A stretch of 64,000 bases of DNA from Eledone cirrhosa (GCA_964016885.1 OZ024746.1:6138001-6202000), one strand, 5' to 3'; shown: positions 26,814-40,714, counted from the stretch's first letter. The notes: generated by a model not told the origin, from the sequence alone. Program-made: numbers and translations.

Positions 26814-26866
26814 GATAGATATAGATATAGAAGTTAGAATTAAGAGAGTCGTATTTCAAGAGTTCT

Positions 26867-28505
26867 ACCAATTACCTCTACTCTATAACCAGTCTTACTA
26901 CTATGACGCTATTACCTATACTCTATAACCAGTCTTACTACTATGACACAATTACCTCTATTCTATAACCAGCCTTACTACTACGACACAATTACCTCTA
27001 CTCTATAACCAGCCTTACTACTATGACACAATTACCTCTACTCTATAACCAGTCTTACTACTATGACACAATTACCTCTACTCTATAACCAGTCTTACTA
27101 CTATGACACAATTACCTATACTCTATAACCAGCCTTACTACTATGACACAATTACCTCTATTCTATAACCAGCCTTACTACTATGACACAATTACCTCTA
27201 TTCTATAACCAGCCTTACTACTACGACACAATTACCTCTACTCTATAACCAGTCTTACTACTATGACACAATTACCTCTATTCTATAACCAGCCTTACTA
27301 CTATGACACAATTACCTCTACTCTATAACCAGTCTTACTACTATGACACAATTACCTCTACTCTATAACCAGTCTTACTACTATGACACAATTACCTCTA
27401 TTCTATAACCAGCCTTACTACTATGACACAATTACCTATACTCTATAACCAGCCTTACTACTATGACACAATTACCTCTACTCTATAACCAGTCTTACCA
27501 CTATGACACAATTACCTATACTCTATAACCAGCCTTACTACTACGACACAATTACCTCTACTCTATAACCAGTCTTACTACTATGACACAATTACCTCTA
27601 TTCTATAACCAGTCTTACCACTATGACACAATTACCTCTATTCTATAACCAGTCTTACCACTATGACACAATTACCTCTACTCTATAACCAGTCTTACCA
27701 CTATGACACAATTACCTATACTCTATAACCAGCCTTACTACTACGACACAATTACCTCTACTCTATAACCAGTCTTACTACTATGACACAATTACCTCTA
27801 CTCTATAACCAGCCTTACTACTACGACACAATTACCTCTACTCTATAACCAGTCTTACTACTATGACACAATTACCTATACTCTATAACCAGCCTTACTA
27901 CTATGACACAATTACCTCTACTCTATAACCAGTCTTACTACTATGACACAATTACCTATACTCTATAACCAGTCTTACTACTATGACACAATTACCTCTA
28001 TTCTATAACCAGTCTTACCACTATGACACAATTACCTCTATTCTATAACCAGTCTTACCACTATGACACAATTACCTCTACTCTATAACCAGTCTTACTA
28101 CTATGACACAATTACCTCTATTCTATAACCAGTCTTACCACTATGACACAATTACCTCTACTCTATAACCAGTCTTACCACTATGACACAATTACCTCTA
28201 CTCTATTATCAGTCTTACCACTATGACACAGTTACCTATTCTATAACCAGTCTTACCACTATGACACAATTACCTCTACTCTATAACCAGTCTTACTACT
28301 ATGACACAACCACATCTACTCTATAACCAGTCTTACTACTATGACTAAACCACATCCACTCTATAATCAGTCTTACTACTATGACATAATTACCTCTACT
28401 CTATAACCAGTCTTACTACTATGACACAACCACATCTACTCTATAACCAGTCTTACTACTATGACTAAACCACATCCACTCTATAACCAGTCTTACTACT
28501 ATGAC
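26867..28505. repeat. 40-bp minisatellite (~41 units)
   Basis: attacctctactctataaccagtcttactactatgacaca tandem. Confidence 0.97.
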
Positions 28506-28795
28506 CCAATATCTTGAAGAATGTGAAAATGATATGAGTTAAGAAACGTTGAATAAAATATCAACATCTATTATTGATAGATGATTTCAACTGTTTCTGT
28601 GAGGTCAGGAAACAGCTTCGCTTTTGAGCAAACAACACAAATATTTAGAGAGAACATAATTAGTTTCATAATTTATTGTTTTACTGGTTTCGGTTATTAA
28701 CACTACATTTGATTGTTAGGTACTTATTTTATCGATCTTGTTTTGTCGAACAACTAAGTTGTATAAACACGGATACATACGTAAATATATACATA

Positions 28796-28875
<80 letters not shown>

Positions 28876-29014
28876 TGAACCAACAAACCTAAATAAATAA
28901 ATAAATATATATATATATATAAACATACGCACCTGTTGGTTTTCACTTCAATTTATTATACATTTCTGGTTGTTTGATTTGTTGGTTCAATAACCGGATG
29001 GATCTTTATGTATT

Positions 29015-29057
29015 GTCAAAGCTCTTTCGTCACATATTCTGTGACCTCCTCAGTGAC
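29015..29057 (-). ncRNA. Type I hammerhead-like motif
   Basis: GUCA-CUGAGGA-g-[GUCACA gaaua UGUGAC]-GAAA-GAGC-UU-UGAC; stem III is minimal. Confidence 0.65.
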
Positions 29058-29514
29058 TAGGTTTTTAGTTTGTGTCTCTCCTTAGATCTGTCCAACACCA
29101 CCATCTGTCCTACGCCACCATCCACCGACCTAAAAAAAGAAAAGAGACCAGGCAGAATACTACTACCAGACGACTATATTACACTGCCAGTACCAAAAAA
29201 CCAACACAGATAAATAGTACAATGGACTGACACCTAACGACATCCCACTCCCACAATTAAAAGAACTACTTCGAACTCTGCTTGACCGCACCAATTCCGC
29301 GCGCACGCGCTCTCTGCAGAATATCTCAATTAGGCACGAACAGAGAACAGCAGAGGACACGTTCCATTCCTCTCCGACAGATACCCCCCCCCCCCCCCCA
29401 CACACACACACACACCGGAAAACATCCCAGTTGATGGATGCGAATCCGAAATATAGGGACAATTAAATCTCGTGTTATATTTATTTTTACGCTCTTTCCT
29501 ACGTTCGAACGGCA

Positions 29515-29610
29515 AAGCTTACCTCGGCACGATTTGAACTCAGAACGGAAAAGGCCATAATTCTATGCTGCAAAGCATGTTGTCCGACGCTCTACTGATT
29601 CTGCCAATAA
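29515..29610 (-). mobile_element. SINE family A head fragment
   Basis: ggcaaagcttacctcggcacgatttgaactcaga...ctgccaat. Confidence 0.65.
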
Positions 29611-29804
29611 TAAGATTCCTACTCTCGTCTTTTCATTATTATAAAAATGAAAATGGAGAAACCTTGAGGCCAAATATGAATGGAGTTGAGATATTCTGCA
29701 GATAAATCATAAACAATACCACATCAGTGCCAGGTGTAAAGGGCTATAGAAACAGAAAAAAAAGTTAGAAAACGTCGTCTCCTTCTTCTTTTTATTATTA
29801 TTAT

Positions 29805-29892
29805 TAACTTTGCCTTCATCCTTCCGGGGTGGATAAAATAAAGTACCAGTATGCACTGGGTAATTGCTGGCCTTGTGCCAAAAGTAGAAACA

Positions 29893-29895
<3 letters not shown>
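29805..29895 (+). mobile_element. SINE family A core and tail, followed by (TTA)n
   Basis: Core and tail sequence. Confidence 0.75.
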
Positions 29896-29952
<57 letters not shown>

Positions 29953-29962
29953 GTTATTGTTA

Positions 29963-32112
29963 TTCCTTGAATCTCAGTCATTGATGTTGGTTAACTGGAA
30001 AGTCCGTTGGATTGAATATCAAGCCACTACCTGCAGCCTCAGATATTCAGGACGTATCGGAGGGTTCTTGCTGTTCCAAGCAAGCATGCCTTTTGAAGCG
30101 TTCCAAAAAGCGTGAAGGGGCCGATTTTCTTTAACCATCCCTGGAAACTTTTGGAGATAGTCCCCAGTGCGCCTATGACAATCGGGATCACTTTGACCTC
30201 ATGACAGTTCCAAATCCTTTTTACCTCCCACTTTAAGTCCTGGTATCGGTTAATTTTCTCCCTTTCCTTCTCTTGCACTCTCGTGTCGAATGGGCAGGCC
30301 ACATCCACAATCAGACACGATCTTTTTTCTTTGTACACAACCACCAGGTCAGGTCTATTGTTTTCCAGTTTCTTGTCCGTCTGTATCCTAAAATCACACA
30401 GCACCTTCACCTGATCGTTCTCCATCACCGCCTGTGGCTTATGCTCATACCACTTCTCAGAATGTGGTAAACTGTTTACTTTGCACAGGTGCCAGTGGAT
30501 CACCCTGCCCATCACATCATGTCTCCATCCCTTATAGTGGGTCTGGGCTAGGTGTTTACATTCGGATACAATGTGAGCCACAGTCTCCTCTCTCTCTCCA
30601 CAGATCCTGCACAGTGGGCTAGCCTGCTCCTTGTAAATATGGTGTTTCAACCACTTCGTTTTGAGGGCCTGCTCCTGCGCAACAATTAACATTCCTTCTG
30701 TAGCCTTTTTGAGGTCTCCTCTTCTCAACCAGTTCCATGTCTGTGGATCTCTAAATTCAGTTTTCTCAAAGAAGGTACTATGAAGGGATTTTCCCTGAAG
30801 GTTGCTCTTTCTCCTTGATGTTATTTCCTCCTTGGACATCCCCTGGCCTATTGTCCCCTCCTTCAGTACAGTTCTGAGCATTGGCTCCTTACTATCAGTC
30901 ACGTATTTGTGTAGGTTGTTTTTCTCCATCTGAACACAGTCCTCTATGCTGATAAGACCTCTTGTGGAACATGTTGTAGATAGTCAATAGCTTCCTAGTC
31001 TTCCTATCCATTTCTTTTTGTTCAGCAACATTCCATCTCAGAATTCCCGCACTGTACCTAATAATAGACACAGCTCGGGAAGTTACTGCGCTTATGGCAT
31101 TTCTGCTGTTCAGATGTGACTTCAATACGCTCCTTACTCTCCGAATGTATTCAGTTCTTAACAATTCCTTCATTTTTTTGTTCTTGATGTCATCAGCATC
31201 CAGAACACCTAAATATTTGTATACTTCTTCAGTATCAATTTCTTTTATCATCTCACCTGCTGGGACCTGGATTCCATTGCTTCTGCTCAATTTACCCCCC
31301 TCTTTATCACAAGGACTCCACACTTACTAATACCAAATTGCATACATATATCATTGCTGAAAATACGGACAGTGTCAACAAGCACATCCAACTGCTTCTC
31401 ACTCTTCCCGAAGAGCTTAAGATCGTCCATGAAGAGGAGGTGATTGATGGTAAGCTATCCCTTTCCCAACTTGTATCCTGCTCTCACTTTTCTCACTGTA
31501 ATGGTCAGGGGGATCAGGGCAAGGACAAACAACAGAGGGGACAAACTATCTCCCTAGAAGATACCTCTCTTGATCTTCACGCCTCCCAAGGATTCTCCAT
31601 CCGATGTTAACTCTGTTTTCCAGGACTTCATACTTTTGCTCAACAACTGTCTGATGTTATCTGCCACCCTGAAGATCTCTAGGCTTTTGGTTATCCAAGA
31701 ATGAGGTACCATGTCGAATGCCTTTTTGTAGTCTATCCATCCCATGGCAAGACCAGTATGTCTCCTCCTACAATTCCTCATTACCATCTTATCAATAAGT
31801 AACTGGTCCTTTGTAGCACGGGTCTTCTTTCGGCATCCTTTCTGTTCGTCCGGTAACAAGTTGTTTATGTGGAGGTGATGGTAGATTTCCTCAGACACAA
31901 TGCTTGTTAACAGTTTCCACATTACGGACAGACATCTGATAGGTCTATAGTTGGTAACATCATTAGCCTTGGTTCGGTCTTTCATTACCAGAACTGTGGT
32001 ACCTTTTGTCAACCACTCTGGTACCTCACCTGACATCAAGCAGTCATTGAACATGGTTGTCAGTTTCGGGTGGAGGGATGTTATATTTTTAATCAAATAC
32101 CCCTGCACACCA
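29963..32112 (-). mobile_element. 5'-truncated R4/Dong-like retrotransposon, close relative of 6331-8535
   Basis: Near-identical RT/CCHC/RLE peptides and 3' UTR; small internal deletion near 30960; (TAA)n tail. Confidence 0.92.
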
Positions 32113-33479
32113 CGGGGTAAACGGGGCTGCGATGGACATTCACTCAAGACCTGTTTACGAGAGTAGATAAAGTGAATAAAGTGTCAACGGCCATCCCTCA
32201 AATATATAAGCTGAGCCCTCATTAAAACGTTTGTACTTAGCATTGCTAATTCTTTTGACAACCCTCGAATCCAGGAGAACTGGGTAAGTCATGTCCTATA
32301 AGTGTGAAAACCACTCAAATTACATTAAATCAGTCCTGACTAGGATTATGATCATCACATTTTAACTGTCAATCATTTCCCCGCAAGAGATGAACTTCGT
32401 TTGCATATACAGATAGTGGATGAATGATATTGTTGCTGTAGTTTTAGTAATTTCAGATGTATGCTGCTCAAACTCATTCCATAAATCACCTAGAATGGTT
32501 ATGCGAGTTATTATACTATATAATTGCCACTTCTGTTCATATAATATGCACATTTCATATGCACTTTATTGCCAAAATTATAAAATCTGTTTCTGACAGA
32601 ACGTGACGTGATGCAAAAATTCTAAGAGCAGATTTTAAGTAAATAAATTCGATAAGATTGACGTATTTCATGAAAAATATCTACAAAACAAACAATCTCT
32701 TCTAAAATTCAGCTTAGTATAATTCCTTTAGCATTTTCCATTTTCTGAAAATGTATTTGTGAAACAAAATCACCATTTTATAATACGAAGCAATTGTGTT
32801 TACCTAATGTAGGTATACTGGTAGTTGTTATATATATACGCTTCCTGAAAACAAACAATTGAGAAAATATTCTGTTGGTTTGTGTGGTATTAAACATTTT
32901 GTGAAAAAGCTACACTACAAAGTTCTTTAGGTGATCTGCTACGAGCTTCATCAAAAGTTCGATCCCGTCGCTTGGCTCTTGCTGGTTATGTTTCCCACCA
33001 TGATGAACCTGGAAGTCTGAAATAAGAACTTTTTGCATGTTTGACCTTCGGTGGAAGGATGACTCAAGAAGAAGAATAACTTATATTGTAAGCATCGCAA
33101 TAAAAACAAACAAATGTTAAAACATTCCGCTATTCTCTTCATCTACAGGAAAATAATGGAATTGCCTTTCTATTTCTCATATCCACTTGGCTATTTAACA
33201 GAAAATACGTATCTTTATCCCCCCTACTACAAACAGTACTTACATCACATTGATATTTACGTGGCTGGGCTAAAACTTTTATAGGCTGACTATGAAAGAG
33301 TGATGCAATAGCTGTGAAATCATGCAATGATTTCAAACCTTCTTATTAATAACTATATTGTTTCTTTCCAAGGACTATGTTAAAAAATAAACCTCATTTG
33401 GTCATTCCATGAGAGTATCTTCGTCAGCCTATGAACATAATTAATTTTAGAAAATATATTTATGCACAACACAGGGTAT

Positions 33480-33730
33480 ATTTGAGTGGACAAATTGGCA
33501 AAGTCATTTCCGCGGACAATGGCCAACGGCAAATGCTGGAACAGCCACCACACCACCCGGATCTTTTCCTTGGATGGACTGCTATCGATCCGATTTTTCG
33601 GATTAGGTCAGCTGTCCGAGGTCTGAGGACGGCTGAGTTGTTGACGGTGACTGGTGCAAAGAGGAAGCTGCCGGACAAGCTCCAGCATTTTCTTGTCTTC
33701 CTGGTCTCTCCATTGCGCTCGTGGTACCAG
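33480..33730 (-). pseudogene. CRE-like retrotransposon endonuclease C-terminal fragment
   Basis: SFLFAPVTVNNSAVLRPRTADLIRKIG, then WLFQHLPLAIVRGND. Confidence 0.6.
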
Positions 33731-33827
33731 TAATAACGTGTGATGAAGAATATACCAGCAAGAGAGAACTTAGATACACCCAACACCAGTCAATTCTTTC
33801 TCATTCACTCATCGTACATTTTGAATA

Positions 33828-34022
33828 AGAATTCTTCCAAAGTGAATAAGTGAAATTATGGGAAACAAGCAATACTTTGTTAATAATTAAGTCCTGAAGA
33901 ACATTGATCTTATTATATATCTGAAACATCATACTGGGGAGAAATAACTATGTCCACTTTACATATTAATGCTTTTATAAGAATCATACTTTTTTGGTTT
34001 CTTAGATTAACGTGCATAAAAT
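33828..34022. repeat. Dispersed ~200-bp repeat (second copy 37822-38025)
   Basis: agaattcttccaaagt...cgtgcataaaat is near-identical at both sites. Confidence 0.85.
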
Positions 34023-35781
34023 ATAATAGGAAAAAGGGTAACGAACAAAATAAAATAATTTAATATAATAGATATCAGAGAAAATGATTCATGAACTGAC
34101 ACATCTAAAGGGCAGATTCTAATAATTAATTCTTGCAAATTTTATTCTGGAATTGTCTGTGAACTACTAACTTGTGATATTACCTCAAATCAGTACGAAA
34201 TTCTTTAGAAGCTTCTTAAAGAATTCCATTAAAGAATTTCCATCACGAAGATATGTGGCTATCATGATTTATTATGACAACTAAGTCCGTACACCGTTCT
34301 AAAATAGAGAATTTTTCTGTATAAATGGGGAAAGAAAAAAAAAATATATATATAAATGGTAGGAAATCAATAAACTCAAGATGTCCCAGTGATCTGTGAC
34401 AAAACCAAAAACTAGGATTTAGAAAAAAAAATATTGATGTTTATTTAGTGTATTAGACTGAAAAAAATACAGAAACACGCACACGCACATTGATACATTA
34501 GGATTTGTTTATCTTTTATACATATATATTTAAGCAGTTAATTTATTGAATTCATCTGACACGTACTTTTGGCAAAGAATCGAAGTGAATGTTTAAGCAG
34601 TTACAACTTTGGATTACTTTACTAAACCCATCAGTATGGATTCATAGATTATATTGTATTTATTTCATGTAAGAGAAATGTTTGAGCTAAAAAACTACAA
34701 TAACTGCATCTGGGGTTCATGTTGTACGTATTGTTATCGTTTATACAGATGTGTTGATTATATTTTCGTAATTCCAAAGATTTTGTGTTAATGCCCATTA
34801 GTTCTAAAAGTGGAATATTGTGTATATTTTGTGTGCTTGGGAATTAATATGTACATGCGCACTTATTTGGAGGTTATGGAAAAACAGATTAGTGTTTTAA
34901 ACAGAGAAGTAAGTGAGATGTGAACAGATACTCATTATATTATCAAATCATTTATTCTGCTTCCCGATAACTAGTAACATCCATAACCATTTCAAACAAG
35001 ATCTGCATTCATTTCTGTCAACGTCAGTATCCATTTTCATACAACGTCCATATGATAAGAGTAATGCTCATTATTTTTTTGGCATCATCTTTAGCTAATT
35101 TGGGAGAAGTCCTTAGCCATTTCCGGCAGATTCTATAAACAAATTAGAATCTATAGCAATTTCGAAGCATATCTTTAGCAATTTAAGGCTCTTCTAAACG
35201 GACAAAAGCGACAACCGGCAGATAAGGTTAATCTTCATCTTCCAAATCAGTGAAATAGAAGAAAAATAGACAACGTTGGGATTTGAAAACGTCTTATACT
35301 TTGGGAACAATGGTTTGAGGATACATTTTAGCGTGGAATATATATACTACTAAAACTCTGTAGTGGTGTGCTTGTCTGTAATTTAATACAGCCAAAACGG
35401 CGCATAAGGGGAAAATACTTTGAAAGGAAGTTGTCCCTGGAATGGGAATACAATGGAATAAAACAAGTTTCGCGTAAATTGGAGAACAGGTTCGCTAGAT
35501 ATGGGGATTTTTCGGGTACCTTCATAAATATATAGAAAGAAAGAGAGAGAGAAAGAGATAGTGGTTGTGAGGGAGTAGATTAAAAGAGCGACATAGAGAG
35601 AGAATGAGATAGAGAAGGAAAATGGAAGAGAGAGAGAGTTGGTGGTGTCGTTGAAACCAATGACTTAAAAGAATCGAATGGAGCATTCCTGTATCTAACT
35701 CGAATTTGGTGACTGACTATTAATTCATATAACTTGTTTTAGGACACGGATATGTTTCTAAGTTTGTGTGAATATATATAT

Positions 35782-35832
<51 letters not shown>

Positions 35833-35908
35833 CCTGTGACCAGTTTATATAGGTCACAGACACACACAAATAGATATATACATACACAAACACACATATA
35901 TACATATT

Positions 35909-35953
<45 letters not shown>

Positions 35954-35959
35954 TTATAT

Positions 35960-36169
35960 ATAGGGGCCTTCCAATTTCATTTTACATTATATATGGTGGT
36001 GTGGTGGTGTTGGTAGTAGTTGATGGTTGTGGTGGTGGTTGTGGTATGGGTGGTGTTATTGGTGGTGTTTGTCTCACCTCATACCAGACAACGCATCCAA
36101 TACAGTCGTTTTCTCTTTTATCCATTTTCTCTTAACTGTTCTCCCGAGCGAAGCCGGGTACCTCAGCTA

Positions 36170-36205
<36 letters not shown>

Positions 36206-36342
36206 GTCTTCCAATTTCATTTTTACATCATATACATGTCTGGGTATATTTTAATTATTTAAGAAATATTTTTAAGTGAACATGATTTTTAAAAATATAT
36301 TTTTAAGTGAACTTGACCCAACGGGTCAGGGGTGGTCTAATC
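35960..36342 (+). mobile_element. Helitron-like short elements (3' hairpin + CTAG)
   Basis: cccgagcgaagccggg-tacctcag-CTAG at 36143-36170; repeated start cttccaatttcattt; second hairpin gacccaacgggtc near 36315. Confidence 0.55.
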
Positions 36343-36444
36343 TTTATATATTACTTAAACGGATAATTGTCATGAATGAACATGTATAGATAGATTCATT
36401 AGGATTATAATATTTTATGTTTTAGTACTAATTGTATTTAACAG

Positions 36445-36900
36445 AGGCGGCGAATTGGCAGAATCAATAGAACGTCGGATAGAATGTTTTCTTGTATTCG
36501 TTCTGGCTCTCTCTTATTTGAGTTCAAATCCTGCTGAGGTCAACTTTGCCTTTCATCCTTTCGAGGTAGAAATCATAATACCAGTCTAGTACTGGGGTTG
36601 ATTCTACCTCTATATCTCTTCTACCTTTCTCTCACTTTCTATCCTTTCTGGAACAAATCTGATGCGTTCAGAGTGAAAAAGGGTATCAAAAATGGCTTGA
36701 TGCCTCACAGGTATCTACCATGAGATCAAAAAAGGCTTGATGCCTCACAGGTATTTACGATCTGAGTTCAAATATCGCTGAGTTTAGCTTTGCCTCTCAT
36801 CCGTACGGGCTCGATAAAGTAAAATACCAGTAATGCACTGAAGTCGATTTTCCCCTCCCCAAAAGTTATTGGCCTTGGGCTTAAATCAGAAACCAATATT
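36445..36900 (+). mobile_element. Two degenerate SINE family A copies
   Basis: B box and core at ~36520-36590 and ~36760-36830. Confidence 0.7.
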
Positions 36901-37299
36901 TCCAACAAATTTTATATACTGTATATTTTAATGTAGTATAATATATAAAGGAAACATATTTAAAATATATGTTGAGGAGTTCCAATATTTCTGGTGGGAG
37001 GCGGCGACTTTTTTAAATGTTTAAAAAATAATTTACAAAACTTAACTAAAAGTACTTTTTTGCTGCGGAGCTATACACCGGACATAGAGGTTGTATTTAT
37101 GACTGGGAATGAATGTGTAACACATCGCAGTTTGAGTTAATCCTGTTTATTCCTGTCTGTACGGGTAGTGCTTTCGCTAAAGGCATTTCTACTTTTACAA
37201 ATTATTTTATTTAAACTTTAATATCTATAGAACATAAATTAAAGAAAGTTGATGCTAGATATAGAATAATGCAAAGAAAATAGACAGATTTATATTTTT

Positions 37300-38850
37300 G
37301 TTCGAATTTAAAGATTAATCTACCTGGTTGATTTGCAGTAAACATATTTCTGTTGCGACGACATTATAGGACCCACCATGAAAACAAATTTAATGAATAT
37401 AGTGACAAGATTCGTGAAGAAATAGATTACTGAGCTACGCATTCAGAGAATCTGCGACCGCTTTTTAAAAGCCTACGTAGCTTTTCACTTTTATTGGAGA
37501 TATTGACGAGTATATGTACATCACAGAACAACTTGTTAAACTTGTGGCTCTGAAAGGCATGACACCGGGGACAGATATATTACAATCTCTGATTGACAAC
37601 AAATGAGAAGTTTGACCTCAGATAAAGAGCTGCATATGGTAGGCAGTGATTGATGAATTGCAGGCTACAAATAAAGACTATCATCTCTACGGTGTGCATT
37701 TTATTATACGGCATGGGGTGCTATGTTGCAGAGCTCTCAAAGAATGAACTACGTTATAAAACAATGAATTTTATACGTGCACTTGACTTAAATCTGAGAC
37801 ACTTTGATAATTATTTAAAGGAGAATTCTTCCAAAGTAAATAAGTGAAATTATGGGAAACGAAGCAATACTTCGTTAATAATTAAGCCCTGAAGAACATT
37901 GATCTTATTATATATATGAAACATCATACTGGGGAGAAATAACTATGTCCACTTTACATATTAATGCTTTTATGAGAATCATACTTTTTTGTTTCTTTTT
38001 GTTTCTTGATTAGCGTGCATAAAATGTAACATGGACTACCCCATTACAACTGTTTGCTGACTGTATTCAAATACTTTTTTGAATTGAAATAACTGGATTC
38101 ATGAAAATGAACGTTACTCAATAGTTGACATTGCTGGTCATTTGAATGATCTGAATATCAAAAGACAAGGAAGCAATAAGCTAAGAACTAAACGTTCTTC
38201 ATGCATTAAAACATTTGAGATAAAGCTTGGGCTTTCAGTCAATGACATATTAAAAGGGAATTTATATTACTTTGTGATTTTGAAATCATTTGGATCTTCT
38301 AATTACGAAATGGAATCCTACAAAAAGGAATCCCACGAAACGAAATCCTATGAAACGAAATCCCGCGAAACGAAATCCCACGAAACGAAATCCCACGAAA
38401 CGAAATCCCACGAAATGAAATCCTACGAAACGAAATCCCACGAAATCCCACGAAAAATAGAGCCATGTAGTTTCAAATATAAGAAGAAACTTTCAAAAGA
38501 GGTTCTTAAATTTACATGAAGCAACATTTCTCCATTGTTTTGGCACCATTTTCCATTGATATTGACATTGTGCCCGAAAACCTCCAGCTTGAACTGAGAT
38601 AGACACGAAGTGATATTCAGCTTTCAAGGATATGTTTCTGAAAGTAAACACACACACACACAAAAAACAACATTTTATCAGGATTTGGGAGATAAATATC
38701 CCGAAGTTAAACTGTTTGCTGCAAGAACTGTCTATTTTGGGACGTTATTCTTTCCCATGAATATAAACAAATCAAAATATATTTCAAGTAAACTGATGAC
38801 CATTTAAATGCGATAATGAAAGTCTCAACCACTGTGTCCTTTTCTCCAAA
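37300..38850 (+). pseudogene. Decayed hAT-superfamily transposase (Charlie/Buster, GTF2IRD2-like)
   Basis: Pieces LVALKGMTPGTDI, IVDIAGHLNDLNIKRQG, PFSIDIDIVPENLQLEL, FYQDLGDKYPEVKLFAARTVYFGT..MNINKSK (hAT dimerisation-like). Interrupted by the 37822-38025 repeat and a 15-bp tandem at 38328-38455. Confidence 0.75.
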
Positions 38851-39207
38851 CTACGTCTAGTAGAAAAGAAGGGAAACGAAGTTTCGGGAAATTGCAGTAA
38901 AATCTAACGTAAAACAATAATTTTATTTCTTTTTGTGTATAAACAAATATTCACGGATATCGTTTCTCGATTATCTACCATTGACAAAGATCTGCCTCTA
39001 GCTCCGGAATACTTCATCTACAAATAAAATCAACAGAAACAAGCTAACACAAAAGAATGTGTTCTTTGTATCAAGTTTTCTTGAACATTTGGACAGTTTC
39101 TATCTCCGTTATCAATCTAAGGATTCTTGGGCTGTACATGGATGAGATCTTTTCCTACATATCCCTACACATAAAGCTTATAACACTATATTTCATATTA
39201 TTGCGAG

Positions 39208-39830
39208 GGTGGTGGATTGGCAGTATCAGTAGAGGGTCGGACGCCATGCTTTGCAGTATAGAGTTACGGCCCTTTATGATTTGAGTTCAAATCCCGCCGA
39301 GGTTAACTTTGCCTTTCATCCTTACGGGGTCGATAAAATAAAGTACCAGTCACGCACTGGGGTCGATTTAATCGACTTTCCCCTCCCCCAAAATTGGTGG
39401 CCTTGTGCCTATATAAGAAACCACTATATTTCATATTATTGTTAATACAAGACGGTGGATTGCAGTAATCTGTGGAGCATCAGACACCCTGCTTCGTGGC
39501 ATAGAGGTACAGTCCTTTACGTTCTGAGTTCAATTCCCACCAAGGTTATCTTTGCCTTTCATCCTTACGGGGTCGATAGAATAAAGTACTAGTCACACGC
39601 TGGGGTCTATTTAATCGACTTTCCCCTCCTACAAAAATTGGTGGCCTTTTGCCAAAATCAGAAACCATTATTATTTGCTTTGAAGCATAGAGTTACGTCC
39701 CTTTATGATCTGAGTTCAAATCCCGCCGAGGTTAACTTTGCCTTTCATCCTTACGGGGTCGATAAAATAAAGTACTAGTAATATACTGGGTATTTGCTGG
39801 CCTTGTGCCTAAAATAGAAACAATTATTAT
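39208..39830 (+). mobile_element. Three head-to-tail SINE family A copies
   Basis: Cores at ~39310, ~39553 and ~39740. Confidence 0.85.
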
Positions 39831-40337
39831 TTACTTTGACCTACATTTTTAACAGATTGTCCCCCCCCCCCACACACACACACACACCAAAAAATACAAT
39901 GCAGCGGGAGGAAACAATAGCACCACTGACGTTGTTGCAGATGTGCAACGAAAGAACTTTGATAAACTATATATATGTGATTGTGTCTATATTGTATCTG
40001 TATTATTTTTGACCGTTGGTCAGTCAATGGCAACATTGAGGACAGGATTAATTAGATTACCGATATAAAAGACACAGAAGCGAAAAGCGAAAACCAACTA
40101 AACAGAAAGTGTGTACTGTTATTAATTCTGGCAATATTACACAAATATGACCCTCCGCAAGTATAACAATATTTGTTTCGACACACGATTTCATATCAAA
40201 AACTTCGCAAAACTAATTCATCGCCGTTATATATATATATATATATATGTAGGAGGTGAGTTTTATTGTAGTACAATAAAGCAATGCAGATATCGGATAA
40301 GAAGCACTCTACAATTTGTAGGGCTGGAGTATACATA

Positions 40338-40591
40338 ATATATAAGATCAAAAGATGGTTAAAAGAGTTCCATGTATTTTATTATGCGCATTTCAAAAAC
40401 AAATGCAATGAACATGTTGATTCAAAATGAACATGTTGATTCAAAACTGCACTATTCACAAGTGTTTTTTAACCTTCATATTCATGTCTTCCTATTTTAT
40501 CTGATGAAAACACAAATATTATTGCATGATGATATTTGTTTTTGAAATGCGCATAATAAAATACATGGAACTCTTTTAACCATCTTTTGAT

Positions 40592-40637
<46 letters not shown>

Positions 40638-40662
40638 ATCAAAAGATGGTTAAAAGAGTTCC

Positions 40663-40667
<5 letters not shown>
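40338..40667. mobile_element. ORF-less foldback element with a hammerhead (family HH-2)
   Basis: Inverted arms ~40338-40404 / 40534-40597; a third partial copy at 40632-40667 across (TA)n. Confidence 0.8.
40493..40563 (+). ncRNA. Type I hammerhead ribozyme motif
   Basis: UAUUUUAU-CUGAUGA-[aaacacaaauauuau..augauauuuguuuuu, ~14 bp]-GAAA-UGCGCA-UA-AUAAAAUA; palindromic stem III. Confidence 0.87.

Positions 40668-40714
<47 letters not shown>

Noticed and set aside
32951-33336. Possible coding remnant or host exon
   Set aside because: No recognisable motifs or reliable splice structure.
33890-33940. CUGAAGA...GAAA hammerhead-like spacing (also ~37885-37935)
   Set aside because: No convincing stem I, II or III.
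38142-38519. Novel protein with SHETK repeats
   Set aside because: 15-bp tandem expansion inside a decayed hAT transposase.
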